NCBI GenBank assembly: GCA_964551375.1
Contig: CAZKBG010000001.1
Span: 90,001 to 122,000, forward strand
Direction: 5' to 3'
DNA length: 32,000 bases
Source of the DNA: an uncultured archaeon
GTDB taxonomy: Archaea > Iainarchaeota > Iainarchaeia > Iainarchaeales > JAAZKV01
Position 1 is the first letter of the stretch. Each line of letters starts with the position of its first letter. A program made the position numbers and the translations under genes. Below the pieces are notes generated by a model that was not told the DNA's origin, did not search any database, and was given only the letters and a program-made list of their open reading frames with translations. Positions 1 through 9,215 of this stretch are shown one piece after another.

Positions 1-3000
1 ACTCTGCATTTGACAAATACTTTAATTCATGGCTAACAACTGACATGGTTGTTTCAAACATTGGTCCAACTTTGCTTCACAAAGGGTACAAATTATTTAC
101 AAAAGGAGCAAAGTCATTTGGTGACGGATCGCTTGCAGGTCCATGGAACCAAGTAATGAAAGCAAAAAGAATGGTTTCTCCAAGCGAGATATTCGGGAAA
201 CAAAGATACGCAAAGTATAATGCCTTGATTAAGGAAGAAGGATTTGGAAAAATATTTGAACCTCTAACTATACAAGGAAAGTTATTTAGCTCAGGCGCGG
301 CCGGAGAAATAGATAAATTAGTTGCAAAAGACTCTCCAATTTGGAAACTTGACTCTGAGCAAAGAAAAAAATTCTTTGAGGCAGTGGAGCATTTGAGAGC
401 TTATTCAATAGCAAATTCCGAGGCAATGTCTGCTGCAGAAGCGGCATTTAAGGCACAATCAGACGCAGCAAGCTTAATTGCAAATCCAGCAGCAAGAGCG
501 CTTGCTGAAAAAAATGCGAAAATATCTTGGGGGCAAGATGTTTCAAGAGTATTCAACGATTGGGATGACACAGTATTTTTGGATTCGCCAGCATGGCTTG
601 CAAAGAATGAAGATTTGCTTTCTCTTGGCGGATACGCGATGAAAAGAAACGGGCCTCCAGGGGCATGGCCTGATGGGCAGGGATATATTGATGTTTCAAC
701 AAGCGGTTCATTTAATTTCAAAGAAGCATTGAAAAAATTCAGAGATGAAGGCGGTTGGTCAGGCTGGGCGAACAGCACCGACGCAAAGTCATTTGCAGCA
801 AATGCTGACGGGAGCTTAAAACTTTATAAAATAAGCGAAGAAGGAACTGCGATTGCACAAAACGTTGGACTGCAGGACTTGAAATTTCATTTATCTAAAT
901 CAGGCTCAGGAACTTACAGCGTAAAACTTCCTGACGGAAGACTAATTCCTTTGAATGATGCTTCAATTGACATGATTGCGGGAAACCCTGCACTCCCAGG
1001 GCATGTAACGATATTCAAATCAACTTATGTTGAAGCAACTCCTCTTACTCCAGAAGACTTTGCAAACAGAGTAACACACTCAAGAATAACAGGAAGGCCA
1101 AACACAGCAGTAAGAAATATGGATGACTTGCACAATGCTCTCCTTCAGAATGATTTTGCCCCAAGAAGATTCACAAGCGCACTTGATGAACAGTTTGCAA
1201 AAGAAGGGGATATGATAAAAAAATATTACAAAGACCCAACAGTTGGGATTTACAAAGGGACAATTCTTCCTGTATTTTACTGGAATGCAAAAAGAGGATT
1301 TGGGCAGGAACAATTCTCCGCATTTATGCTTCCTGATACATGGACAACTCTTACCGTATCTCAGGGAACAGACAAGATATACAAAGATTCCTATATTGAC
1401 TTTTACGCAAATGAAGGCTCGGATCAGGGAGACATGTTCAAAAGAGCATTCAACAGCTTAGCATTTGTTTGGACAAAAGCGTTGGATCTTGCTGCAGAAA
1501 CTAACACTTTCCTAAAAGATGGGATTTCAAAAGTGAGCGGCGGATTCTTTGAAGGAAGCGCGACAAGAGACATAGTTGGGGATTTGGCATTCTACTCTCA
1601 TAACGAATCATGCGCAGGATGCACAGGAAATATTAATTTCAAAAACAATTATTTCACACTTAATGGATTTAATTCAGGAATAGCAATGCAGGCATTTTTG
1701 CTTGAAGCAAAAACTCCTGAAGAAAAAGCAAAAGAAGGAAGCTTGATTGTTTCATATACACACCACTCAAACTTGAACGGAAAAAGCACTCAAATTGAGG
1801 GCGGCTCAATTGATATTGCAAAAGCAAGAATCAGCGGAGAAACATGCGACCAGAAACTAAGAAAAATGGGCTTAGGATGGGCAGGTTCAGGAGCAGGCGG
1901 AGTACTGGCACTTGCAGAAAATTTAGGATATGTAGTTGGATTTGGGCCAGGGCTTGTTGCAAGCTTAGTTCAGCAGATGTACTTTGGAAGAGAATTACAA
2001 GATTGTGTTGATGATGTTGAAGGGTATTACACTCACTTCTACGCTCCTCCTGCAAAAGACGCAAGCAAGAATAAGACAAAAGAAATGCTTTCAAATGAAA
2101 ATGTTACAGGCGCACTATCTGACATGAGCACAAAGCTTGACGAGTTTGTAAAAGAAACACAAGCAAATCAAAAAACAACAACCGCAAAAACTCCGACAAA
2201 CCCAGTTGAAAAATCAATGGACAGCTTGAGCACTCAATTCAAAGACTTCGCAGAAAAAGCAAAGCAGACAAACATACTTCAGGCAACAGTAGAACTTCTT
2301 CCTCCATCAAGCGGAACATTATCAGGAAAAGATGTATTTTACATTTGGTTTAAAGAAACACTAATGCCTTCAGGGTACCGCTCAACAGGAAAAATGATTA
2401 TTTCAGACGGCAATAACTCAGTTGAAGCAAACTTTGCAGAAGGCACTTTGAAAGTGAATGGAAAAGAAGTGATTGGAAAAGACAGTGCAGATCACACAAG
2501 ACTGCTAACTCAAGACAACAGAATCCCTGCAGAAGTAGTTCCAATGACACTAAATAGAATCGCGGCTCCAATGAACGAAGGAACTGTATTTGAAATGAAT
2601 TCATACGGCGAAGTAAAAATTCTTAACTCTGATGTATTAAACTGCTTCCAAAAAGCAGTAAGAGACCAGACAGGAATAACTTACAGCGGAAGCGAAGTAA
2701 CACAAGTAATGGGAAATCTCCAGGCAATAAGCACAGACATGTACGGCTCTGTTTTCGCAAGAGATACTAAGATTTTCCTTGAGGGAACTGCAGCAAGAAT
2801 GCAGGGAAGCTCATACTCTAAGTTTATAATAAACGGATTTTGGAATACAAAATTAGTTGACGGCAACGGCTCGCTTGATTCAGGAAAATTCGTTGGAATG
2901 AACTTTGCAAACGGAACAATAGTTCTAAAGCCAGAAACAAATGAACTTGTTATTTGGATAAGACAGCACAAAGACGCAATATTAACAAGCAAGGACGTAA

Positions 3001-3743
3001 AAGATTTGAAAGCTACTCCCACAACAGTAAAAGATCCTGCGACAGATTGTGACACTCCCGCAATTGACCTTGAAGCAGTGCCATTTGCTAATGATGAACT
3101 TGGAGCTCAAAAAGTAGGCAACTTCAACACTTCAATGAATCACCTTGGTCCATTCACTCAATTCACAACCGACAAAAGAATTTATGAATTTTATTCAAAA
3201 AGAGACGGAAATAACGGAGACTGCAAGAATTACTTTAGAGTAAGAGACAAAGACACTGGAAAAATATTGACAGACCAGGAAATAGTCGGACCAATAACTC
3301 AAGATGCTGACGGCACAATAAAATTCAGGACAGCAGACGGCAAACAGCAGTCCTTAAAGTTTGACGCAGAAAACGGGGTTCCAAAAGTTTCATACAATGG
3401 AGGAGCTCCAGAAACACTACTTTCAGCGCAGGGACCAAAAGGCTCATTCTGGTACGATCCAAATACAGGGCAGTGGTACCCAGAGAACGGACTGCAGATT
3501 CCTCTAAATCAAGCTTTCAAAGATAACGGTGCTTGGTTTGAGCCTGACAAAAATGGAAATGTTGTTGGTACACCTGAAAATAAAATGACATTTAACATCG
3601 GACAGGGAAAGGACTCAAGCTTTAACTTGCCATCAATGCCAGAAACAGCGGCAGGAATAGCAGTATTCATGATGTTATTCTTATTAGTAGCATTCATGAC
3701 AACACAGGGTAGATACAAAAGAAAAAGAAAAGATTTACTTTAA
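1..3743 (+). CDS. Very large putative cell-surface/secreted protein with C-terminal membrane anchor; 5' end truncated by window edge
   Basis: Frame of ORF 45..3743 is open back to base 3 (SAFDKYFNSWLTTDMVV...), so the gene begins upstream of the window. The C-terminus AAGIAVFMMLFLLVAFMTTQGRYKRKRKDLL is one TM helix plus a basic tail. Many N-x-S/T sequons and a few Cys pairs are present. Confidence 0.8.
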   Translation, partial: SAFDKYFNSWLTTDMVVSNIGPTLLHKGYKLFTKGAKSFGDGSLAGPWNQVMKAKRMVSPSEIFGKQRYAKYNALIKEEGFGKIFEPLTIQGKLFSSGAAGEIDKLVAKDSPIWKLDSEQRKKFFEAVEHLRAYSIANSEAMSAAEAAFKAQSDAASLIANPAARALAEKNAKISWGQDVSRVFNDWDDTVFLDSPAWLAKNEDLLSLGGYAMKRNGPPGAWPDGQGYIDVSTSGSFNFKEALKKFRDEGGWSGWANSTDAKSFAANADGSLKLYKISEEGTAIAQNVGLQDLKFHLSKSGSGTYSVKLPDGRLIPLNDASIDMIAGNPALPGHVTIFKSTYVEATPLTPEDFANRVTHSRITGRPNTAVRNMDDLHNALLQNDFAPRRFTSALDEQFAKEGDMIKKYYKDPTVGIYKGTILPVFYWNAKRGFGQEQFSAFMLPDTWTTLTVSQGTDKIYKDSYIDFYANEGSDQGDMFKRAFNSLAFVWTKALDLAAETNTFLKDGISKVSGGFFEGSATRDIVGDLAFYSHNESCAGCTGNINFKNNYFTLNGFNSGIAMQAFLLEAKTPEEKAKEGSLIVSYTHHSNLNGKSTQIEGGSIDIAKARISGETCDQKLRKMGLGWAGSGAGGVLALAENLGYVVGFGPGLVASLVQQMYFGRELQDCVDDVEGYYTHFYAPPAKDASKNKTKEMLSNENVTGALSDMSTKLDEFVKETQANQKTTTAKTPTNPVEKSMDSLSTQFKDFAEKAKQTNILQATVELLPPSSGTLSGKDVFYIWFKETLMPSGYRSTGKMIISDGNNSVEANFAEGTLKVNGKEVIGKDSADHTRLLTQDNRIPAEVVPMTLNRIAAPMNEGTVFEMNSYGEVKILNSDVLNCFQKAVRDQTGITYSGSEVTQVMGNLQAISTDMYGSVFARDTKIFLEGTAARMQGSSYSKFIINGFWNTKLVDGNGSLDSGKFVGMNFANGTIVLKPETNELVIWIRQHKDAILTSKDVKDLKATPTTVKDPATDCDTPAIDLEAVPFANDELGAQKVGNFNTSMNHLGPFTQFTTDKRIYEFYSKRDGNNGDCKNYFRVRDKDTGKILTDQEIVGPITQDADGTIKFRTADGKQQSLKFDAENGVPKVSYNGGAPETLLSAQGPKGSFWYDPNTGQWYPENGLQIPLNQAFKDNGAWFEPDKNGNVVGTPENKMTFNIGQGKDSSFNLPSMPETAAGIAVFMMLFLLVAFMTTQGRYKRKRKDLL

Positions 3744-3831
3744 AAAATAGCTAATTAGTTTAAAGCAGTCAGTACCTTAAAGGATTTTAAGTCAAGCACT
3801 TTTTATTTTTTGATTTAAGTTATTTTTGATT

Positions 3832-4575
3832 TTAAGTGTACATTGGAGTTGAATCCGGCTTCACTTCTTTTGTTTCCTCAATAGTCTTTAAGTGCTTAAT
3901 TATGGACTCTTCAAGCGTCTTTGCCTCTTCAAGAAGCGGCTTAACATCAATGCTGATCTTAGTCAATGCGCAGATTATTTTCACCACTTCAGCAGCGGCA
4001 TTATAATCAGCATTATTTTTTGCGTTTCCAAGCACGCAGAACGCTTCAATATTATTATCCTTAAGCCCAAGCATTAAAAGAGCAGTAACTCCTGAAGTAA
4101 TTCCATTGTCAATCATTGGGATATTATTTTTATGGATAATTTTCTTTGAAGCCTCATTGCTTGCAAAAGCATAAACAGGCTTTCCGTCAGGAATTCTTAC
4201 CCCTGAAGTGGAAATAACCCTTGTAATTCCTTTCTTTTTAATCCAAGCAACCAGCTCATCCGAAGTAGGGGCTGCTATGATGTTATCAATAATCTGTTCA
4301 GCAAGTCCAATAACAACTTTGTACTTTTTATTGGCATAAATCCTCACAGGGTGCACAGGAAGCCCGTTTTGAATTCTAATCATGGGCATAAAATGCCTTG
4401 AGTCAATATACCCTATCTGCTCAAATTTTAATTTATCAACAAGGTACCTTGAGCCGATAGTCCCTGCAAGTCCAAGATCCGGAAATCCTTCAATAAAAGT
4501 AAAGCCTTTAAGAGGCATATTTTTAGTTTCAACAATTTTGATTAATTTATTTGTCTGCATTTCTTTCTCCGCCAT
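3832..4575 (-). CDS. PAC2 family (proteasome assembly chaperone-like) protein
   Basis: MPLKGFTFIEGFPDLGLAGTIGSRYLVDKLKFEQIGYIDS is typical of archaeal PAC2 proteins. Start at 4575 (MAEKEMQ) preferred over 4695 because it is preceded by AAGGTGTG. Confidence 0.85.
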   Translation of the reverse strand: MAEKEMQTNKLIKIVETKNMPLKGFTFIEGFPDLGLAGTIGSRYLVDKLKFEQIGYIDSRHFMPMIRIQNGLPVHPVRIYANKKYKVVIGLAEQIIDNIIAAPTSDELVAWIKKKGITRVISTSGVRIPDGKPVYAFASNEASKKIIHKNNIPMIDNGITSGVTALLMLGLKDNNIEAFCVLGNAKNNADYNAAAEVVKIICALTKISIDVKPLLEEAKTLEESIIKHLKTIEETKEVKPDSTPMYT

Positions 4576-4622
4576 TAACACACCTTGACAAAGAATTACT
4601 TTTATTGTTAATAAACCTTTCT

Positions 4623-5570
4623 TCAGTGAGCAAAAGTTTGCGACAAAGTGAATACTGCCATTGCAGCGGGGATTAATATCAGCGAATAAATCCAAAAATT
4701 TTTCTTATTTCCTTCCTGTAGTGCAAGGAAAAATGAGCTTAACGCGCTGTATTCAAATATGTAAATAGCGGTTGAAAGAATTGCTGAGTCAAACAGCGCC
4801 GCGCGCTGTTCTTTATTCAATCCAAGCTCAATTCCAGCAAGCCCGCTTCCATTAAATCCTCCAACAAGCCCGATGATTGCTCCAAGCACTGCGGGGACAA
4901 TCAATCCTGCTGAAAGAAGAAGCGTATATTTAGTTATTAGCATTGTCGCCTGCCTTTCTTTAATTATCGCCTTAGTCTCAAGCAAATCTTCAGCGCTTTC
5001 TTTAAGCATATTTGATATTTTTGCCCCTGTTTTGTATCCATGAATGAATAAATCAATTGCTCTTGAGTATGCTTTGCTGTCATTAAGGAACTTTATCCTA
5101 TTAAGCGCCTCTTCCACGCTTGCCCCGTTTGTTATTTCCTTATGCGCTCGCTTAAAATCGCTATCAATTAATTCAAATTCATGCTGTGAAATAATTGCAA
5201 TGGTTTTTGCCATTGATGACTCATCGCAAAAAACGCTTGCCTCAAGGAGGAGGTCGCTTAGCATTTCCTCCTTTTTTTGTTTTCTTCTTTCAAAAACAAG
5301 GTCCTGAAAGATATAGTTAAAGAGAAACGGGGCAAAGAATCCAAAAATTCCTGTGATTATTAAAAATTCAATTTTTTGCCCTATGAATTGCCAATAAATC
5401 ATCATGGCGCAAATCATAAGCGCAGTTCCTTCAATTATGCTGATCGAAATAAATCCTTTGAAAGTTCTCATTTTGGAATTATTGATGGTGAGTTTATTTT
5501 CAAATTTAATAACTTTATTTGCGTCAAATAATTCTCTTAACAACAGCTCAATTGCTTTATTTGCTTCCAT
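4623..5570 (-). CDS. Type II secretion system F family / TadC (FlaJ)-like membrane protein
   Basis: Multiple TM helices; T2SF-like organisation (ASVEEALNRI...LLETKAIIKERQATMLITKYTLLLSAGLIVPAVLGAI); lies downstream of a TadA-like ATPase and another T2SF-like gene. Confidence 0.75.
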   Translation of the reverse strand: MEANKAIELLLRELFDANKVIKFENKLTINNSKMRTFKGFISISIIEGTALMICAMMIYWQFIGQKIEFLIITGIFGFFAPFLFNYIFQDLVFERRKQKKEEMLSDLLLEASVFCDESSMAKTIAIISQHEFELIDSDFKRAHKEITNGASVEEALNRIKFLNDSKAYSRAIDLFIHGYKTGAKISNMLKESAEDLLETKAIIKERQATMLITKYTLLLSAGLIVPAVLGAIIGLVGGFNGSGLAGIELGLNKEQRAALFDSAILSTAIYIFEYSALSSFFLALQEGNKKNFWIYSLILIPAAMAVFTLSQTFAH

Positions 5571-5621
5571 AACCAGTTCACATCCTGCTAATTTTGCTTT
5601 TAGAGTTTTTCTTCGTTAATT

Positions 5622-6524
5622 TTATTGTTTGAGAAAGATTGGCGTCTTTGATTCAATCATCATTAACACTGCAAAATCGATTACTGGAAAGCCAACGCAT
5701 CCAATCAGTAGGATTTGTTGGGGGGTAAATTTTAGACTCATAAAAAAAGAGCCTATTAATACAAAGCTCATAAACATTGCTGGCACAATTGCGGATACTG
5801 CAATAAATACAAGCGCAAAGAGAACCATTTTTCCTGAAAATTCTTTAGTTTCAATTTTTTGCTTTAAGAGAAGCTCTTCCGCCAGTTTTTTTATTGAGGT
5901 GGAATCAGCAGAGCCTTGTTTTTGAAGATTTGCAAGATTTGCATTCATCCTCCTAATATTAAGCGAATCAAGCCTCTCGTTTAAATTTTCAAGTGCTTTC
6001 TCAAAACTTAATCCTTTTTTTAAGTCCTGCCCAATTATAGTAAATTCTTTAGCTGCTTCACCGCTTTCCATTCCTGCCTGCGTCACAGCTTTAGTTAATG
6101 ATTTGCCAAACTGCACTTCATTAGCTATTTTGATTAAAATTAAAGGCAGTTCTGCTTCAATCTGCTTCAATCTTTTTTTGTGCTTCATTAAAGGGATATT
6201 CAGCATTATTACAAAAATTACTGCTGTTAGTATTGTTGCAATTGCTGCCGAAAGGAGAATATTTTTTTGCCATATTCCTATAATGAGCCAGATAAAAAGT
6301 CCGACAAAAATGCTTGTTTTGATTGAGTTTAACTTGTGCGCATTATACTCTTTTTCGCGCATTTTTGCCTTCTTTTTTAAAAGATTATCAAAAATTCCAT
6401 TTTCTTTATCTTTCATTAAATCACTTTCTTTATTTCCCATATCTTGTGTTATTGTCCTATTATTTGTGTAATAAATGGTTTTTCTTGGCGAGTTAAAGTT
6501 AATCCTCATTCCCTGCCAGTTCAT
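5622..6524 (-). CDS. Type II secretion system F family / TadB (FlaJ)-like membrane protein
   Basis: T2SF signature-like segment (LPLILIKIANEVQFGKSLTKAVTQAG...GLSFEKALENLNERL) and TM helices. Start uncertain; MGNKESD at about 6440 is an alternative that avoids overlap with the ATPase. Confidence 0.8.
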   Translation of the reverse strand: MNWQGMRINFNSPRKTIYYTNNRTITQDMGNKESDLMKDKENGIFDNLLKKKAKMREKEYNAHKLNSIKTSIFVGLFIWLIIGIWQKNILLSAAIATILTAVIFVIMLNIPLMKHKKRLKQIEAELPLILIKIANEVQFGKSLTKAVTQAGMESGEAAKEFTIIGQDLKKGLSFEKALENLNERLDSLNIRRMNANLANLQKQGSADSTSIKKLAEELLLKQKIETKEFSGKMVLFALVFIAVSAIVPAMFMSFVLIGSFFMSLKFTPQQILLIGCVGFPVIDFAVLMMIESKTPIFLKQ

Positions 6525-7899
6525 AAAATTCCATAAACTTAGCCACGTTTGTCAATTTTCTTAAAATGATTTCCTTATTTTTAGCAAGAGTTTCAATATC
6601 CTCTTCACTACATCTGAACGCCTGCTTAATCTTTTCATTTATTCTTTTTGAAGAAGCAGTTTTTTTCAAAAGATTGGCTCCATAATCAAATTCAAAAATT
6701 GGTTTTGCAGTTACTTTGCCTTTTCTTTCAAAAATTTCGCAGATTTGAGTAACTTTTCTTGTCTCAATTCGATTTTTGTTTTGGATTAAGTTAATTCTTT
6801 TTTGGACAAGCACTAAGTCAATTGATTTTAATGTATTTTCCATTATTCCAAAAGAAATTAATCTCTGAATTGCTTCCTCCGAGCTTTCAGCGTGAAAAGT
6901 TGCATAAGAGCCCTTTGCCTGCCCAGCAAGCATCGTATTTACATAAGCGCCTGATTCTTCTCTTGTTCGAATTTCTCCAATTATTACTCTATCCGGACGC
7001 ATCCTAAATGTATTGTCAATTAATCCGCTCATGGAAATGTTCTGCTGTTCAGCCGTGTTCATTTTAATAGTGTGATTTTGAGGCAGCAAAAGTTCAGGAG
7101 TTTCTTCAACTACTACAATTCTTTCATCTTTTGGCAGAAAGCAGAATAATGCATTAAGCGTGGTTGTTTTTCCAGAGCCTGTATTTCCACACACAAGAAT
7201 TGAACAGGAGGACTGCATTGCAAGCCACAAAAATGCCATTGCCTCAAAACTAATTGTTCCAATATCTGCCAAATCTGAAGGAGTAAAAGGATTTTCTTTA
7301 AATTTTCGAATTGTTGCATTAATTCCTGAAAATGCGACAGGATTAATTGATGCATTAAGTCTTGAGCCGTCTTTAAGCACCGCATTAAGCATCGGCTTGT
7401 GGTAGGATAATTGTCTTCCGAGCGGTGAAGCCATTTTGTTAATTATTGTTCTAATTCGTTCTTCATTTTCAAAGCTTAAATTTGTAGTCAGCCAGCCAAA
7501 AGTTCGGTGGTAAACCATAATGGGTTTTTTTGGGCCGTTAATTACAATTTCTTCAAAATCAGGGTCAGATAATAATGGAGTTAAGATACTTTCTCCAATT
7601 GACTCCCACTCGAGCAAAGTGCTGATTTTTTCCCGCTGTTCTTTTGTGAGTAAAATCATTCTTTCAAGGCAGTATTCTTTTAAGAAAAAATATATGTCCG
7701 CTTTTGATGCAATCATTTTGTTATGTAGTTTTAGTTCTTTTAGGGCGCTGGCAAAAAAGATTTTTTCTTTTTCATTAAGCTCTGGAATTTTTGCCAAAAG
7801 AAACCGCTTGTCCTTTACTGCGACAATTTCTCCGCTTAAACATTCACTAAGCTTCTTTGAGTACTCAATATCTTCAACTTTAAAATCAATCTTTTCCAT
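6499..7899 (-). CDS. Type II/IV secretion system ATPase, TadA/CpaF/FlaI-like
   Basis: Walker A GNTGSGKTTTLNAL, EETPELLLP, GEIRTREESGAYVNTMLAGQAKGSYATFHAES. ORF extends to 7923; MEKIDFKVEDIE at 7899 is the likelier start. Confidence 0.93.
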   Translation of the reverse strand: MEKIDFKVEDIEYSKKLSECLSGEIVAVKDKRFLLAKIPELNEKEKIFFASALKELKLHNKMIASKADIYFFLKEYCLERMILLTKEQREKISTLLEWESIGESILTPLLSDPDFEEIVINGPKKPIMVYHRTFGWLTTNLSFENEERIRTIINKMASPLGRQLSYHKPMLNAVLKDGSRLNASINPVAFSGINATIRKFKENPFTPSDLADIGTISFEAMAFLWLAMQSSCSILVCGNTGSGKTTTLNALFCFLPKDERIVVVEETPELLLPQNHTIKMNTAEQQNISMSGLIDNTFRMRPDRVIIGEIRTREESGAYVNTMLAGQAKGSYATFHAESSEEAIQRLISFGIMENTLKSIDLVLVQKRINLIQNKNRIETRKVTQICEIFERKGKVTAKPIFEFDYGANLLKKTASSKRINEKIKQAFRCSEEDIETLAKNKEIILRKLTNVAKFMEFYELAGNED

Positions 7900-8123
7900 T
7901 AAATTGAATTTTGCTTGTGGCAATTAAATACTTTTCTTAAAATTCGTTTTCTGACGAACAGAACTTGCCAAAATATCCTCTTTTTGTTATGTTTATTTTG
8001 TTTTTGCAGAAAAACAAACCTCGTTATTTTGGTTAGTTTTGGCTGAATAAGTAATTTTAGAAGGGGTTGCTGATTATGTTTAGTTAAAAAATCCATTTTT
8101 TGGTTGCTTTACGCAAAACGTAA

Positions 8124-8135
8124 TTTTTATATATT
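8124..8135 (+). promoter_or_regulatory. Putative archaeal TATA box for the candidate ncRNA
   Basis: TTTTTATATATT centred about 25 nt before the base of the first hairpin. Confidence 0.45.
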
Positions 8136-8152
8136 AGTTAGGCTCTAATAAT

Positions 8153-8256
8153 AGTCGGGTTATCACCCCGATTTCTATAGGTAAAGGCAAGAAAAGGCAA
8201 AGGAGGAAAGGAAAGCGTCTGATTAAAGGCTTTCTTTCCTTCTTTTAAAAAACTTT
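8153..8256 (+). ncRNA. Candidate structured non-coding RNA (unassigned family)
   Basis: No supported ORF. TTTTTATATATT box at 8124-8135 precedes the predicted RNA by about 25 nt. First stem-loop is AGTCGGG/CCCGATT (8153-8159 with 8167-8173). Second is a roughly 17-bp imperfect stem (8200-8216 with 8229-8245), followed by CTTTTTTA. Confidence 0.5.
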
Positions 8257-8268
8257 TTTAGCATTAGT

Positions 8269-8628
8269 TCATTTTTTGGGCTTGTCCCATTCAACTTTCT
8301 GCCCTATTCTAAGTTGGAAAATTTTGTTTTCAGGCATTTCAATAACATACTTAGCAGCTTTTTTTGGAGTGTAATTAGGCGTGAATGGAGTTAATGTAAC
8401 CTTATCCACAATAATTTTATTTTTATCCAAAAACAGGACATCAATTGGAAAGAAAACAAAAAGCATGTGAAGAGAGGTCCCAATCTTGCTCTCAACAGGG
8501 AAATCAAAAATAAGCGCATAATTAAAGTTCTTTTTATCCTCAAACATTAATCCCTTTGTCCGTTCCCAGCTGTTATTTGCGAAACGAACATTCTTCATCA
8601 ATACTTTATTTCCTACTTTTAGCACCAT
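8269..8628 (-). CDS. DUF192 family protein
   Basis: FANNSWERTKGLMF...SLHMLFVFFPIDVLFLDKNKIIVD...KAAKYVIEMPENKI matches DUF192 layout. Start at MVLKVGN (8628) is likelier than 8643. Confidence 0.8.
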   Translation of the reverse strand: MVLKVGNKVLMKNVRFANNSWERTKGLMFEDKKNFNYALIFDFPVESKIGTSLHMLFVFFPIDVLFLDKNKIIVDKVTLTPFTPNYTPKKAAKYVIEMPENKIFQLRIGQKVEWDKPKK

Positions 8629-8705
8629 TATCCACTCAAGCAAGTTATGTTTTATATACGTTCTTGTTTTTTCAAAAAAATAAATGAAAATTAACTTATG
8701 TTTAA

Positions 8706-9119
8706 TTACTTTAACAGCTCAAGCGAAGGCACTTTAATTTCAGTCAGAAGCATTTCAGTTTTTTTTGGAAGATTTTTTTCCTTTTCTTCTCTCTTTTTCA
8801 ACTCAGCAATTATTTTATCAATTTCGCCCATTTTTGACTTAAGCTCGTCAATGACTTTTTTTATGTCCTCTTTTTGAGCAGGATCAATATTAGAAGGCAC
8901 TTTTGGCTGTTCTGCACTTGGATTAGCCAAAGGGGCTTGTGCTGGCTGAGGTTGTGAAGTTTGAACTGATGCTGGCTTTGCCTGGGCTTCATTTTGAGCC
9001 TGGTTTTGATTAGCGTTAGTATTTGTATTTTGCGCATTCTGCTGGTTTTGCTGGACCTTATTTTTAGGATATAATCCTGAAAACAATTCATCAAGTAGGG
9101 GATTTCTTTCATCAGACAT
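8706..9119 (-). CDS. Hypothetical protein with N/Q/A-rich low-complexity region and C-terminal coiled-coil-like segment
   Basis: ORF with N/Q/P/A-rich middle and KKVIDELKSKMGEIDKIIAELKKREEKEK; TTTATA-like box about 25 nt upstream in the minus direction. Confidence 0.65.
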   Translation of the reverse strand: MSDERNPLLDELFSGLYPKNKVQQNQQNAQNTNTNANQNQAQNEAQAKPASVQTSQPQPAQAPLANPSAEQPKVPSNIDPAQKEDIKKVIDELKSKMGEIDKIIAELKKREEKEKNLPKKTEMLLTEIKVPSLELLK

Positions 9120-9215
9120 GCAATTAGTACGTCTTTAGAGTATAAATATTTTTCATTAAAAGCATTAAATCCAAAAATCCGAAAGCTATTTATTCTACCC
9201 TTTACTTTATACCTT

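Noticed and set aside
401-3718. Several minus-strand ORFs (401-778, 1831-2094, 2681-3055, 3509-3718 and others) inside the giant gene
   Set aside because: They lie antisense to a long coherent coding frame and have no family motifs or ribosome sites; they are expected by-products of its codon usage.
3744-3831. AT-rich gap with CCTTAAAAGG palindrome and repeated TTTTTGATTT(T)AAGT considered as a small RNA
   Set aside because: No promoter-like box or stable long stem; best explained as the shared 3' end of two convergent genes.
7899-8096. 65-aa minus-strand ORF MDFLTKHNQQPLL..., considered as a possible small pilin or leader peptide for the pilus operon
   Set aside because: No signal peptide or hydrophobic core, overlaps the ATPase start region, and composition looks like translated AT-rich spacer.
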